A stretch of 60,795 nt of DNA, taken from a virus. The stretch is taken from the IMG/VR virus record IMGVR_UViG_3300012078_000002, positions 1 to 60,795 of that record; one strand, written 5' to 3'. The notes under the pieces are model-generated. The model had not been told where the DNA came from. It ran no database searches and worked only from the letters and a program-made list of their open reading frames with translations. The translations under genes and the position numbers were made by a program. Below, in pieces: positions 14,992 through 24,225 of the stretch (within the stretch, counting starts at the first letter, position 1; every line of letters begins with the position of its first letter).

Positions 14992-15240
14992 TTATGCGTA
15001 TCTTTTTGTATAGTCCTTAAACCATGCGTTGGCCTCTTCTTCGGTTCCAACCGCTCCCATCGAATGAAAGTATTTGTTTTCAAGCAGCAAGGTTATTATT
15101 TGATATTTGTTCTTTCTGGCCTTCAAATCCTTTACCAGAAAAAATCCTTCGCCGTTTTTGCTTGTTCCTTCTTTTAATATTTCGAAAGTGTGGCTTTTGT
15201 AGGTTGCGTTGTTTGTTGTGGTGATTGTCGTGTTTTTCAT
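14992..15240 (-). CDS. hypothetical protein (82 aa)
   Basis: ORF track. ACGGAGGA upstream. Confidence 0.6.
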   Translation of the reverse strand: MKNTTITTTNNATYKSHTFEILKEGTSKNGEGFFLVKDLKARKNKYQIITLLLENKYFHSMGAVGTEEEANAWFKDYTKRYA

Positions 15241-15329
15241 CTTTGCATCCTCCGTTTGTTTTGCTGTTTTACTGTAATTACATTATAGCACATGGGAGTA
15301 TGTATGTATATTGACACAATTACCAAATT

Positions 15330-15380
15330 TACATGGACTTATGTGCGATATTTTTGTTGCATTTGTACATGGTCTTATGT
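15330..15380 (+). promoter_or_regulatory. two 15-bp direct repeats (operator candidates) upstream of the RHH operon
   Basis: TACATGGACTTATGT (15330..15344) and TACATGGTCTTATGT (15366..15380). An extended -10-like TGATACAAT lies at 15390..15398. Confidence 0.5.
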
Positions 15381-15452
15381 AATTAATTGTGATACAATAG
15401 TATTGCAAGGAAGAAAAGGATACTTTAATTACCTAATAGAAAGGGGAGCTAC

Positions 15453-15695
15453 ATGCAAGAAGAAAAGAAAAGCACTTATGCGGGCTTCACAGAGGCGCGC
15501 AAGGAAGCAAACAAGCGGTACATGGAAAAATTCGTCGAGGTCAAAGTCCGGATGACGCCGGACGAAAGAGACGCAATAAAGGCCCACGCCGCTAAGATGG
15601 ATGAAAGCACCAATGCATTCATTAAACGCGCCATTGACGAAACCATGGACGCTGACGGGCATATTATGAAGCCCGTGGCCAGTCCGGCAAAATAG
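15453..15695 (+). CDS. ribbon-helix-helix (Arc/CopG/MetJ-like) protein
   Basis: VKVRMTPDERDAIKAHAAKMDESTNAFIKRAIDETM is an RHH pattern. AAAGGGGAG upstream. Confidence 0.65.
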   Translation: MQEEKKSTYAGFTEARKEANKRYMEKFVEVKVRMTPDERDAIKAHAAKMDESTNAFIKRAIDETMDADGHIMKPVASPAK

Positions 15696-15715
15696 AGAAA
15701 ATGGAGGGAACAAAA

Positions 15716-16189
15716 ATGGCTAAATACACTATAAATCATATCTGCGGACATAAAAGCGAAGCTGCACTTTTTGGAAAAAACGACTATAGAAAAAGCAGAA
15801 TCGCATATCTTGAAACTACTACATGCGCAGCATGTCGCGCAGAAGAAAAAGCCCAGGAATCCGGCGGCGAGTGGGTCAAAATGTCTTACAAGGAGTATAA
15901 GGCCGAATACAGCCATTGCGAAAAAATGGACTATGATCCAAAGGACAAAACAATCATGGTCTTAGTAGCTCCTAAAACAAATAAGCAACTGGCCAAAGAG
16001 GAGATGAAGGAGCTGGGCATCCCTGAAAAAGCGATTGAGCATGCATTTAATACCGGCCACGAAAAGTATAAAGAAAATTATCAAAGAGTACTGGAAAAAA
16101 CAAAAGGGCAGGAACTTCCCGCGGAACAGCAAGAAGCTAAAGAAACGATCGAAGCCGTAATTAAAGTTTTTGAAAAATACGATTTATAA
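15716..16189 (+). CDS. hypothetical protein with N-terminal Cys/His cluster (157 aa)
   Basis: MAKYTINHICGH...TTTCAACRAEE. Start moved behind GGAGGG. Confidence 0.6.
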   Translation: MAKYTINHICGHKSEAALFGKNDYRKSRIAYLETTTCAACRAEEKAQESGGEWVKMSYKEYKAEYSHCEKMDYDPKDKTIMVLVAPKTNKQLAKEEMKELGIPEKAIEHAFNTGHEKYKENYQRVLEKTKGQELPAEQQEAKETIEAVIKVFEKYDL

Positions 16190-16198
16190 GGAGGAAAC

Positions 16199-16639
16199 AT
16201 GAAAGTAAAAGGCGTATGGAATATAAAGCAAATGCCCGTGAAATATGTGGCAGAACTGGAAAATGGCGAGTTGGCGACATTTAACATAGCTCCCTTCCGG
16301 ACGGTATCGGCCGACGAATTAACCCCGTTCAAGGGACATCACCCGACCCGCCAGATCAGCACCGCAATGCCGGAATATCTATATAGGTTTTATGACTTAG
16401 AATCGGCGGGAGCGACGAAAGAGGGATATAAAAAAATAAAAAAAATGTTATTATCTGAATGGGCGAAAAAAAACGGCATCAGCGATGTCACCGCTCGGCA
16501 AAAGGCGCAAAAAGGATTGCTGGAAACTGCTGAAAAAAGTGGCAAGTTTTGGCTGATTGATGAAGATGAGCCAAATGCAGATAACCGCATGAGGAAACCC
16601 GCTTCGGCGGGAGAAAAGAGAGAAGATGATGAAGGATAA
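16199..16639 (+). CDS. hypothetical protein with C-terminal HTH-like segment (146 aa)
   Basis: LSEWAKKNGISDVTARQKAQKGLLETAEKSGKFWLIDEDE. AAGGAGGA upstream. Confidence 0.6.
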   Translation: MKVKGVWNIKQMPVKYVAELENGELATFNIAPFRTVSADELTPFKGHHPTRQISTAMPEYLYRFYDLESAGATKEGYKKIKKMLLSEWAKKNGISDVTARQKAQKGLLETAEKSGKFWLIDEDEPNADNRMRKPASAGEKREDDEG

Positions 16640-16829
16640 TTCATGTCGGCAATTCTATTTCAAAAATAGCGATAGAGCCGAAAACAATGAAATGTCCCTT
16701 GAAGAGTTTGAAGAGTGGACAAAATGGTACGAGGAGCACTGTGCTAAATGCCCTTATATGAATCATGCGTACAACACGTGCGTATATAGTCACGCAATGA
16801 ATATTGGTGACTTATTCGCTGGAAGATAG
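16626..16829 (+). CDS. hypothetical Cys-containing protein (67 aa)
   Basis: ORF track. Overlaps the upstream gene by 14 nt. Confidence 0.5.
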   Translation: MMKDNSCRQFYFKNSDRAENNEMSLEEFEEWTKWYEEHCAKCPYMNHAYNTCVYSHAMNIGDLFAGR

Positions 16830-16871
16830 TAAAATGCTTGACTCGTTGGCGGGAGAAAGGGAGACGCAAAT

Positions 16872-17069
16872 ATGAAAAGATATGAATTTACAGATTCGCA
16901 CGAATTAAGTGAAGAAGCGTTTCGGGTTTATAGCGATAGCAGTTTTGCTTTTTATAAATCGGGCGATACTTTTTATGTGGCCGACAATAGTTCGGCTGAT
17001 CCGTGGGAACTTGGAACTTTGGAAGACGTTGAAGAGTATCTATTGGTTTTTGCTGATAACGGCGAATAA
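16872..17069 (+). CDS. hypothetical acidic protein (65 aa)
   Basis: ORF track. GGGAGAAAGGGAG upstream. Confidence 0.55.
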   Translation: MKRYEFTDSHELSEEAFRVYSDSSFAFYKSGDTFYVADNSSADPWELGTLEDVEEYLLVFADNGE

Positions 17070-17125
17070 AATCATGCAAAACCTTAGAGATAGCGGGAAC
17101 CGGACAACTGGAACCCGCTATTCTT

Positions 17126-17338
17126 CTATAAAACTCTTATAATCTTCGATTTTACTTTTTTAGACAAAATATCCGCCTTAGACTTGGATATATTCATGGC
17201 GAAAGTGATTTCTATGATACTTTTGTTCCGGCTCCGGAGGTTGAAAAACTCCATTTCCTCCGGCGTAAAATTGCATAGAGCACGAAACCGCTCAATCTCC
17301 GGCATTGTAAAATCGCATATTTTAAGTTGCTGGGCCAT
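17126..17338 (-). CDS. small sigma-70 region-4/LuxR-type HTH protein
   Basis: FTPEEMEFFNLRSRNKSIIEITFAMNISKSKADILSKKVKSKI resembles a region-4 HTH. Confidence 0.45.
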   Translation of the reverse strand: MAQQLKICDFTMPEIERFRALCNFTPEEMEFFNLRSRNKSIIEITFAMNISKSKADILSKKVKSKIIRVL

Positions 17339-17354
17339 CAAATTGCTCCAATCA

Positions 17355-17380
17355 AAAAGGATGCCCTGAGCGACATCCTC
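17355..17380 (-). terminator. intrinsic terminator after the lysis cassette
   Basis: The minus strand reads AGGATG-tcgctcaggg-CATCCT followed by TTTTT. Confidence 0.6.
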
Positions 17381-17424
17381 GATTTTATTTCTTTTTCGTT
17401 TTTCTAACCGCCGTGCCTTTTTTG

Positions 17425-17721
17425 TTACCGCTCTTCTTGAGTCTCGTTTTGACTTTTTGTCCCATTGTTGTTTTGCACCGATCCTCCATTATTGACATTT
17501 ACATTGTTATAGCCGTTTCCATCCTGCGAGTAGCCTATATAGTCATATTGCGAAATATACCAGACAAATCCACCGATAGTGGCAGCCCATAGCGATAATA
17601 TTACAATCAAAATTATCCACAGTCGCTTAATTGTCGACTTCAATTCCTGCAATATCTCCGTGGCGAAGTTGAGATGTTCCACTCTTTCTTCCACGTCCAC
17701 AATTCTTTCGTTAATATCCAC
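17425..17721 (-). CDS. XhlA-like coiled-coil/TM protein
   Basis: N-terminal coiled-coil, then the TM segment WIILIVILSLWAATIGGFVWYI, next to the lysis genes. GTG start follows AAGGAGGG. Confidence 0.5.
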   Translation of the reverse strand: MDINERIVDVEERVEHLNFATEILQELKSTIKRLWIILIVILSLWAATIGGFVWYISQYDYIGYSQDGNGYNNVNVNNGGSVQNNNGTKSQNETQEER

Positions 17722-17733
17722 AATCCCTCCTTG

Positions 17734-18015
17734 TTAACCAGAGCGCTTAGGCACAGTCTGATTGTGTTCTTTTCTTAAGTGTTCGTCCAGGCGGTCATGC
17801 ACGCGCCTGATGGAATCTTTTGTGTCCCTGGAATTCTGCCCGACCAGATTCTTGATCTCGTCCAAATCCTTGCGCACATACTCCATTTCCTTATTGAACG
17901 CTCCCCAGCGTTCATTTTCTCTCGCACTGTCTGTATTACCGCTTCGCCAAAAGGAAGCAGCAGCAAGACAGCAGCAAACAATAGTGCACATTAGCTGTAT
18001 TGTATTCGTGTCCAT
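17734..18015 (-). CDS. membrane protein (N-terminal TM plus coiled-coil), lysis-associated position
   Basis: LMCTIVCCCLAAASFW TM segment. GGTGGTGA upstream. Confidence 0.55.
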   Translation of the reverse strand: MDTNTIQLMCTIVCCCLAAASFWRSGNTDSARENERWGAFNKEMEYVRKDLDEIKNLVGQNSRDTKDSIRRVHDRLDEHLRKEHNQTVPKRSG

Positions 18016-18074
18016 TTAATCACCACCGTCATATTATTTTATCTGATATGTCCAAACCTATCGAATTCGAGAGG

Positions 18075-19463
18075 TTATCCAATACCCGGGTACTGCAATG
18101 CGCCGTCTTTGTCGGGTGTTAGCGTAACCGGCTCTGTTGCCATTTCACCGTTTTCATTCAAATAGTACCACTTCCCGCCGATGTCCTGCAATCCTTTCAG
18201 CATAGCCCCGTCTGCACCGAGATAATACCAATGCCCGTTATGCATGTACCAGACATTAGTAGCCATCATTCCGGCTCCGTCAAACCAATACCACTTACCA
18301 CCGTCAAGCACCCAATCATTAGCTACATAACTGCCCGTGTCGCCATTGTAATAGCGCCAGCTGCCATTCTCCTCGGTCCATCCGGATTTTACCGTTACGG
18401 TAACGCCGTAGCGCATTGCTATCGCAGAGGCTTCTGCCTGTGCCAGCCGATCAAGGTTGTTATCATCAAGCAACCAGGCCGTACTGGCGGCATTTGTGTG
18501 GAACGAATGTTCAAGGATTAACCCCGGCGTTCCTACTGCGGTGGCTCCGCGGATTACACCGTAATAATCGCCGTTATTGCCGCTCCTGTTTTCGATTCTG
18601 GCGGCTTGCTTTGTTCCCATGCAATTTTCTACCACCTGTGCCAGCAAAAGCCCTATAGCGTCCGCTGAATGATTTATAGCGCAATAAGCAGCGGGATAAT
18701 CGACACTATTATTGACTGTGCTTGCTACCGCATTTGAGTGATTGGAGATGAATAGATCACAACCTTTGGATGCTGCTCCGCGATCATACAAATCCCTGTC
18801 GGTTGCCTGATTAGCGCGCGTGGTAATGACCTCGAATCCATATTGCTGTAAGTACTTATTTTGTAACTCTGTTAATTTCCACGCCATGTCTGATTCGTAA
18901 TACCGACTGTCTGCCGGTGACTGATTATATTTTCCGAAATGCCCTGCATCAAGACATATTTTCATCGTTTTCCCTCCATCATATTGAGCCAGATTGTTAC
19001 TCTCAATGATTGCACATAGCTTGTCTACGTAGGCCGTGTCAGTCGCGTACCCACCGGCCTTAATGATCTGCGCTGCCGTTCGGTAATTCGTGCAGCCGGA
19101 AAGACCTGCATAGCGCAAGTTATTCCCATTCATGGCTCCCAACAAGTAGTCACTGTGATCATTGATGGACTGCGCAAGCGATTGATACTTGCGGAAAGCT
19201 GCCGTGATCGTGTATTCATTGCCGGCAGTGTCCTGCTCCTTGGTTTCTTTGGTGTATGTGCTGCCATCCCACTCTGATGCCCATGTGTTGCCGGATAACA
19301 CGGCCTTCATTCCGAATAGATTGCTTGCCATGACTGCCAGTTCACTGGTTCCATACGCCGACTCCAGACAGGCCTGCGCGATTGTGACGCTTGCAAGGAT
19401 GCCGGATGTCTTCATATCAGCTTGGGCAGCTTCGGCGATTAATTTTATGAATATTTGTGACAT
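18075..19463 (-). CDS. three-domain endolysin (glucosaminidase, amidase_3, cell-wall-binding repeats)
   Basis: GH73-like: TIAQACLESAYGTSELA...LFGMK. Amidase_3-like: ICLDAGHFGKYNQ...FISNHSNA. C-terminal GWxxxNGxWYYf-type repeats: GKWYWFDGAGMM, GHWYYLGADGAM, GKWYYLNENGEM. Confidence 0.9.
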   Translation of the reverse strand: MSQIFIKLIAEAAQADMKTSGILASVTIAQACLESAYGTSELAVMASNLFGMKAVLSGNTWASEWDGSTYTKETKEQDTAGNEYTITAAFRKYQSLAQSINDHSDYLLGAMNGNNLRYAGLSGCTNYRTAAQIIKAGGYATDTAYVDKLCAIIESNNLAQYDGGKTMKICLDAGHFGKYNQSPADSRYYESDMAWKLTELQNKYLQQYGFEVITTRANQATDRDLYDRGAASKGCDLFISNHSNAVASTVNNSVDYPAAYCAINHSADAIGLLLAQVVENCMGTKQAARIENRSGNNGDYYGVIRGATAVGTPGLILEHSFHTNAASTAWLLDDNNLDRLAQAEASAIAMRYGVTVTVKSGWTEENGSWRYYNGDTGSYVANDWVLDGGKWYWFDGAGMMATNVWYMHNGHWYYLGADGAMLKGLQDIGGKWYYLNENGEMATEPVTLTPDKDGALQYPGIG

Positions 19464-19524
19464 AATCCTCCGATCAAAAAGGGCCGGAACATTCCCGACC
19501 CAATCAGCAGTTGCGATATCGCAA

Positions 19525-19719
19525 TTATTCCGTCACTTCCGGCATGCCAGTGATTACCGATGTCATCACGGAAGCAACCGCTGCTACTGCCGAAATAGAC
19601 AGCATCCCAAGCCAATCAACATCGGACACCGCCTGTCCGACTGTAATCATTGTCAAGCCAGTCTGGCAAAAGGTCTTCAATGCTCTCACGCCCGCTGCTT
19701 TTACCCATTCTCTACTCAT
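19525..19719 (-). CDS. holin (r1t/LL-H-like)
   Basis: 64 aa. AGVRALKTFCQTGLTMI plus a second hydrophobic helix. Immediately upstream of the endolysin. Confidence 0.75.
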   Translation of the reverse strand: MSREWVKAAGVRALKTFCQTGLTMITVGQAVSDVDWLGMLSISAVAAVASVMTSVITGMPEVTE

Positions 19720-19777
19720 TCTTAATTCCTCGCTTTCGTTTGTGAAATAAAATAACCACCCGTAGGTGGATTGTTGC

Positions 19778-20194
19778 TCATGTCAATTTGTAATGTGGCC
19801 GCTCCTGCCCGAACCACCAATACCGAAGCCAGTCATCCAATATAATCCCAATCAGTGATACCGGCATCCACAACACCATGTACTGCGGACATACTTGACC
19901 GAGAATATTTCCCGCCATATTGCTGTAATCCCATATTGCCCACCCAAGATACAGATTAACAACACAGCCGGTCAAAAACTCTAAGACCGTTACGATACAG
20001 GTTCCAGCCAGCACCTGCCGCCATAGTGGCATTTCCCACGGTATGATCTCATTAATCAGCCCCAGACAGACAAAACAGATACCGCCCAGGACGAACATAG
20101 TCCAGTGGCTGTATCCGCGCCAGAGCAGCTCAATTACGACATACAGCCCGCCGCCGGTAAGCAGTAGGGTTAAACACTTGATCAATTGTTTCAT
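19778..20194 (-). CDS. polytopic membrane protein (CmpB / putative ABC-transporter type IV family-like)
   Basis: GGGLYVVIELLWRGYSHWTMFVLGGICF...VLEFLTGCVVNLYLGWAIWDYS matches my memory of PF06541. Confidence 0.6.
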   Translation of the reverse strand: MKQLIKCLTLLLTGGGLYVVIELLWRGYSHWTMFVLGGICFVCLGLINEIIPWEMPLWRQVLAGTCIVTVLEFLTGCVVNLYLGWAIWDYSNMAGNILGQVCPQYMVLWMPVSLIGIILDDWLRYWWFGQERPHYKLT

Positions 20195-20901
20195 GCGCTC
20201 CCTCCGGACACCGCCGCAATAATGGCAGCCATATTATCTGCCAAATCAGTCGGCAAAGCTGCGCCATAACTGATTGCGTCAAGCTCCGCAAACGATTCGG
20301 TGCGACGAATCCATGCGTTGAGGTGATTGCAGTACGTTGTGTGATATAACTTGTGTTCTGTCGCAGCTGTGCCGATATTTATGATGTCTGCTGCTTGGTA
20401 TAATTTGCATAACGCACCGTCTGCGTGATAGGGGTATACTTGTGCACCAGCTTGTACCGCTGCCACCGCTGCCGATAGATTGATTTGATCTGTTTCGGTC
20501 AGACTGTAGTGTTCTGTGCTGCCATCAGATAGCTGTACATCAAATCCGGCTGCAATAGCTGTTGAGCAAGCCGCTGCTATCTCTTGTAACTTAGATAATC
20601 GCCGTTCCGATAGGGTTGGTGTATATAGTTCTGGCGGCTCCTGTGGCATGTCGATAGGCGTTTGATATGTGCTGCCGTCGTTGCTAAGATATATCGTTCG
20701 GCCTTCGTTCCGATATATTGTTTCATAGCCGATTATAGTAGTCGCCTCTTCGCCGCCGGATGTGTATAATGTGATCTTTCCCCATTCTGCCGGAACTTCG
20801 TCAGCAAAGACAATTTGCATAATATTTGGTGTTTGTGGATGAATACTCTCGATATTGTATAATTTCTTATTGTTTCCAATTTTAATTGCTTCCATTTTCA
20901 T
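20191..20901 (-). CDS. tail-fibre-associated protein
   Basis: Lies after the fibre gene. The C-terminal half is DUF4376-like from memory (IAAGFDVQLSDGSTEHYSLTETDQINL). Confidence 0.5.
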   Translation of the reverse strand: MKMEAIKIGNNKKLYNIESIHPQTPNIMQIVFADEVPAEWGKITLYTSGGEEATTIIGYETIYRNEGRTIYLSNDGSTYQTPIDMPQEPPELYTPTLSERRLSKLQEIAAACSTAIAAGFDVQLSDGSTEHYSLTETDQINLSAAVAAVQAGAQVYPYHADGALCKLYQAADIINIGTAATEHKLYHTTYCNHLNAWIRRTESFAELDAISYGAALPTDLADNMAAIIAAVSGGSA

Positions 20902-20966
20902 GCTCCTTTTCTTTGATTTTCGTATTAAGATTTATTACACAAACTATTTTTTATTCAATCGAGTAA

Positions 20967-21887
20967 TTAATCCGCTGAAAAACCTATACTTTGAACGCTC
21001 TGCCTCGGGTAAAAAAGCTTTATGTTCCCGCCGATAACCCCGGTGGATAAAGCCAGTTTTATTCTTACCGTTCCATCTCCGTTGTTGATGGCGCTGATTC
21101 CTTGCAGTATGCCGCTTGAGGATATTATAGAAGTATAGTTAAAACCTACTTGACCAATTGAGCTTGTCGCCATCAGTGATGGCACTGCCGTGACAATATA
21201 AACATCAGTGTAAAATTGTATTTGAAAACCAATTAGATCAAGACTGCTGTGGTTTATAATAACATTCATATTCCTGGCACTCGTAACGGAATTACTAAAC
21301 CATGTTCCCATGCTATTAAGAAGCGATGAATATGCATTATATACCGCTGCGCTGCTAGCTGTCATTCCTGCACTTGCAGCTCCACTGGAGCTGGTATAGT
21401 TATCAGATATCCTGACGTGTCCGTAATTGCTGGCATTTCCGATGCCATAAGTTGTTGCACTGCTAGCGTGTCCGACGGGTGCCTTGCCGCTTAATCCCGC
21501 GGTTAAATCGCTATTTGTTTGTGTGATTTGATCTTGCAGTACTTTGGCCACCGCTGCCGATACCGGTAACTGCGAGTTATTAGTGACAGCATTATTGACT
21601 AGCATGCCCACTGTGAGGATGCCGGTTTTGAAATTGTTAAAATCTTGAATGAATTTTCGAATTTTACCAGCGAACGTTCTTGTCGCTTCGCCCGCTGTTG
21701 GTACAGGGAATTCTCCGGTGATTGCGTCGAATGTCGTTATTTGCGTACTGGAAATGTCGCCGGTTCTAAGTACCCTATCTTTCAATTCTGCGTCAATGAT
21801 ATCAGCATTATCATTAAAATCACCGATATTATAAACATCCTCCGGGCTTGGTTTGATCAAATTGTAATTTTCCGTAAAACTTGCCAT
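20967..21887 (-). CDS. tail fibre protein
   Basis: N-terminus MASFTENYNLIKPSPEDVYNIGDFNDNADIIDAEL is typical of Firmicutes phage fibre/baseplate-distal proteins. Ser/Ala/Asn-rich shaft. Confidence 0.7.
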   Translation of the reverse strand: MASFTENYNLIKPSPEDVYNIGDFNDNADIIDAELKDRVLRTGDISSTQITTFDAITGEFPVPTAGEATRTFAGKIRKFIQDFNNFKTGILTVGMLVNNAVTNNSQLPVSAAVAKVLQDQITQTNSDLTAGLSGKAPVGHASSATTYGIGNASNYGHVRISDNYTSSSGAASAGMTASSAAVYNAYSSLLNSMGTWFSNSVTSARNMNVIINHSSLDLIGFQIQFYTDVYIVTAVPSLMATSSIGQVGFNYTSIISSSGILQGISAINNGDGTVRIKLALSTGVIGGNIKLFYPRQSVQSIGFSAD

Positions 21888-22423
21888 TATCCCAAGTCCT
21901 CCCCTCTGATTTTAAGATGCGTGAATTGCCCCAAAAATCCATGTGTGTAATCGCTTAGTGCTTGGTGCTGATTGTACCTGATAACGAGTGTGTACACCAG
22001 ATTTGCCGGAATAATCTTATCAAGCGTTATTTTTACTTCATTTACCCAGTTTTTCCCGTGCCGCAAACTGGCGATATTCAACGTGTAAGCGCGGTAATTC
22101 AATTCGTAAGACCAGCCACCGGAACCCATAATGTTGTTCATGATGTTTTTCAATGCTGTTTCCGTATATGGAATATCACTTATTAGCCTGCTTATAATCC
22201 GGCCACGCCTAAAATCAAGCGTTTCGGTCAATGGATCGGAAATTATGCTTAGGGCATTCTCCCACTGCAAGACACCTCGTTCCGTGGCTATAATCGGAAA
22301 CGCATCACGAAATGAATTTTCCGCAGATTCCGACAATGCGTCCAATTCTGGTTGAATCGCGTTTATAATTTCTTGAATATCAATGTTGTCATCGTAAATG
22401 CGATTATAGAAATCCCTTAACAT
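21887..22423 (-). CDS. baseplate protein, XkdU/YmfQ (DUF2313)-like
   Basis: Position after the baseplate J-like gene, plus the FRRGRIISRL and LKNIMN patterns. Confidence 0.6.
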   Translation of the reverse strand: MLRDFYNRIYDDNIDIQEIINAIQPELDALSESAENSFRDAFPIIATERGVLQWENALSIISDPLTETLDFRRGRIISRLISDIPYTETALKNIMNNIMGSGGWSYELNYRAYTLNIASLRHGKNWVNEVKITLDKIIPANLVYTLVIRYNQHQALSDYTHGFLGQFTHLKIRGEDLG

Positions 22424-23517
22424 TAATTAATCACCACGCTTTCAAGTATTGGCAGGTGTTGGGACAAGGGCGATTGCTGGATATTTAAATCCGTCGGCGA
22501 ACCATTAATTAATACATTTGTGACATTGTTAATTCCGGGCAAGCTGATTATTGCGGACGTTATGCGTGCGACAAATATTGACAAGCCATCAGAATCAGAC
22601 CATTGCTTTCGTACTTCCAGTATGTATTCAAGCAAGGCGTCTTCGATCAATGATTGCAGCTGGCCAATCGTGTAACCGGTTTGCAGATTCACGGAAGCGG
22701 TTATATTAATACTTAGTTTGTCAGGTGTTACAACCGTCACCCTGTGTCCAATTGGAGCTATCCCAAGCCCTTCTCCGCTGTTCGGAATGGGATCTATTGC
22801 GGTCTGCACAACGCCAATGAATTCGCTCGTGGCTGGGTTATATTCTGCGTCAATAATGGATACCATCACCGTGCCGCCGCCATCCCATACAGGAAATATT
22901 TTGGCTGCCCCGACACCCGGGATAGCCGTTGTGAACTGCTTGTAATCAGAAACGTTGCCGCCAAATGCGCGATTGTTAATTCTTTCAATTATACGCTTCC
23001 TTAGTTCCTCGTCGGTTTCCGTGTCTTCCCCCGGTGTGTATGTTCCAGTGATGGCAGCGGAACCCAGATTGTTAATCGTAAACAGCGGCAAAACGGGACC
23101 GAGATATGTATTTCCGACAGTGCCGGCAGTTTCGCATTCCAAAAGACAGCGGCCGGTGACTTCGAATCTCTTGGTTAATACGAAAATCTGCCCACCGGAA
23201 AGCGCAGGAACGGAAAAGCGGCTCCCTATGGTCAGATCAATGGGGTTTCCATCCGTATCAGCCATTTCGCCGATCCTGATTGCTCTGGTTGCCTGATTCC
23301 TCGTAATACCATGATTGGCGGCCAGATTTTCCAAATTAACACCGACAGCGGACAATATTGATACCTGCTCTTGAAAAATCGTGGCTACAATGCTCTGCTG
23401 CGCTAATTCCGCAGCCACCGGCGCAAGGGTGTCGTATATGATCGATCCCTGTCTTTTGTCCCGTGCTGTGGACACTCTCGCAAGCATCCGCGTCAATGTT
23501 TCGTCAAATGATGCCAT
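22423..23517 (-). CDS. baseplate J/gp47-like protein (XkdT-like)
   Basis: Size, position, and an N-terminus of the MASFDETLTRMLARV...GSIIYDTLAPVAAEL type. Confidence 0.75.
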   Translation of the reverse strand: MASFDETLTRMLARVSTARDKRQGSIIYDTLAPVAAELAQQSIVATIFQEQVSILSAVGVNLENLAANHGITRNQATRAIRIGEMADTDGNPIDLTIGSRFSVPALSGGQIFVLTKRFEVTGRCLLECETAGTVGNTYLGPVLPLFTINNLGSAAITGTYTPGEDTETDEELRKRIIERINNRAFGGNVSDYKQFTTAIPGVGAAKIFPVWDGGGTVMVSIIDAEYNPATSEFIGVVQTAIDPIPNSGEGLGIAPIGHRVTVVTPDKLSINITASVNLQTGYTIGQLQSLIEDALLEYILEVRKQWSDSDGLSIFVARITSAIISLPGINNVTNVLINGSPTDLNIQQSPLSQHLPILESVVIN

Positions 23518-23908
23518 TTACCGTCACCTCGCTTCCAAACGTACCTCTATCGCTTGTTACATTAAACTCAATCAGCGCCCCGTCTCTTGATGCCCGACTT
23601 ACATTTGTGACCGAAACCGCCGTAATTCGGTCGTCTTGCAATAGCGCGTCTCTTAGTGTTTTTTGTATTGTGTCGCGCAAAAATGAAAACGGCCTGCCGA
23701 TATATTTTTTAAACTCAACCCCGCGATTATCGCTGTAGATCGGATACGCATAACGCTCCGTTGATAGAATATGATATACCGCCTGTTGTATCGCTTCATT
23801 TCCGTCCACGTTGCCGGAAATTTGGTTATCAGCGACGCGGTACGTAAATGTCGGATATTGAACTACGTTGACCTGATCAATTGTGACTCCACTTACCTGC
23901 GGTATCAT
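23504..23908 (-). CDS. baseplate protein, XkdS (DUF2634)-like
   Basis: Synteny in a PBSX-type tail module. Overlaps both neighbours. Confidence 0.6.
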   Translation of the reverse strand: MIPQVSGVTIDQVNVVQYPTFTYRVADNQISGNVDGNEAIQQAVYHILSTERYAYPIYSDNRGVEFKKYIGRPFSFLRDTIQKTLRDALLQDDRITAVSVTNVSRASRDGALIEFNVTSDRGTFGSEVTVNGII

Positions 23909-24225
23909 TTGAGCACACTCCTCTCGACAAAATAGCGTTGGCCAGCGTTAAATGACATCAGAGTCACTTTTTCCCCGACCGCAAGATCGCCCCACAGCCG
24001 AACGGTTTCCCCGGCGACTGTGATTGTTTTCGCCTTGCAAAGTGGAGATAGGACAAGTGCGCCTGCCGGTAGTGGCAATTCTCGGCTTTCCGATGCCATG
24101 ATCAGTATTTGTAGTGGTGATACGCTGGCAACGGTTCCGTCAAATATCTCCGACCGTATTACGCTTGCACTGTCATTGCCTATTTTGGTCACCACTCCGG
24201 CCAACCTGTTAGCTGATATTCCCAT
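23905..24225 (-). CDS. baseplate protein, XkdR (DUF2577)-like
   Basis: Synteny and size (106 aa). Confidence 0.55.
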   Translation of the reverse strand: MGISANRLAGVVTKIGNDSASVIRSEIFDGTVASVSPLQILIMASESRELPLPAGALVLSPLCKAKTITVAGETVRLWGDLAVGEKVTLMSFNAGQRYFVERSVLK

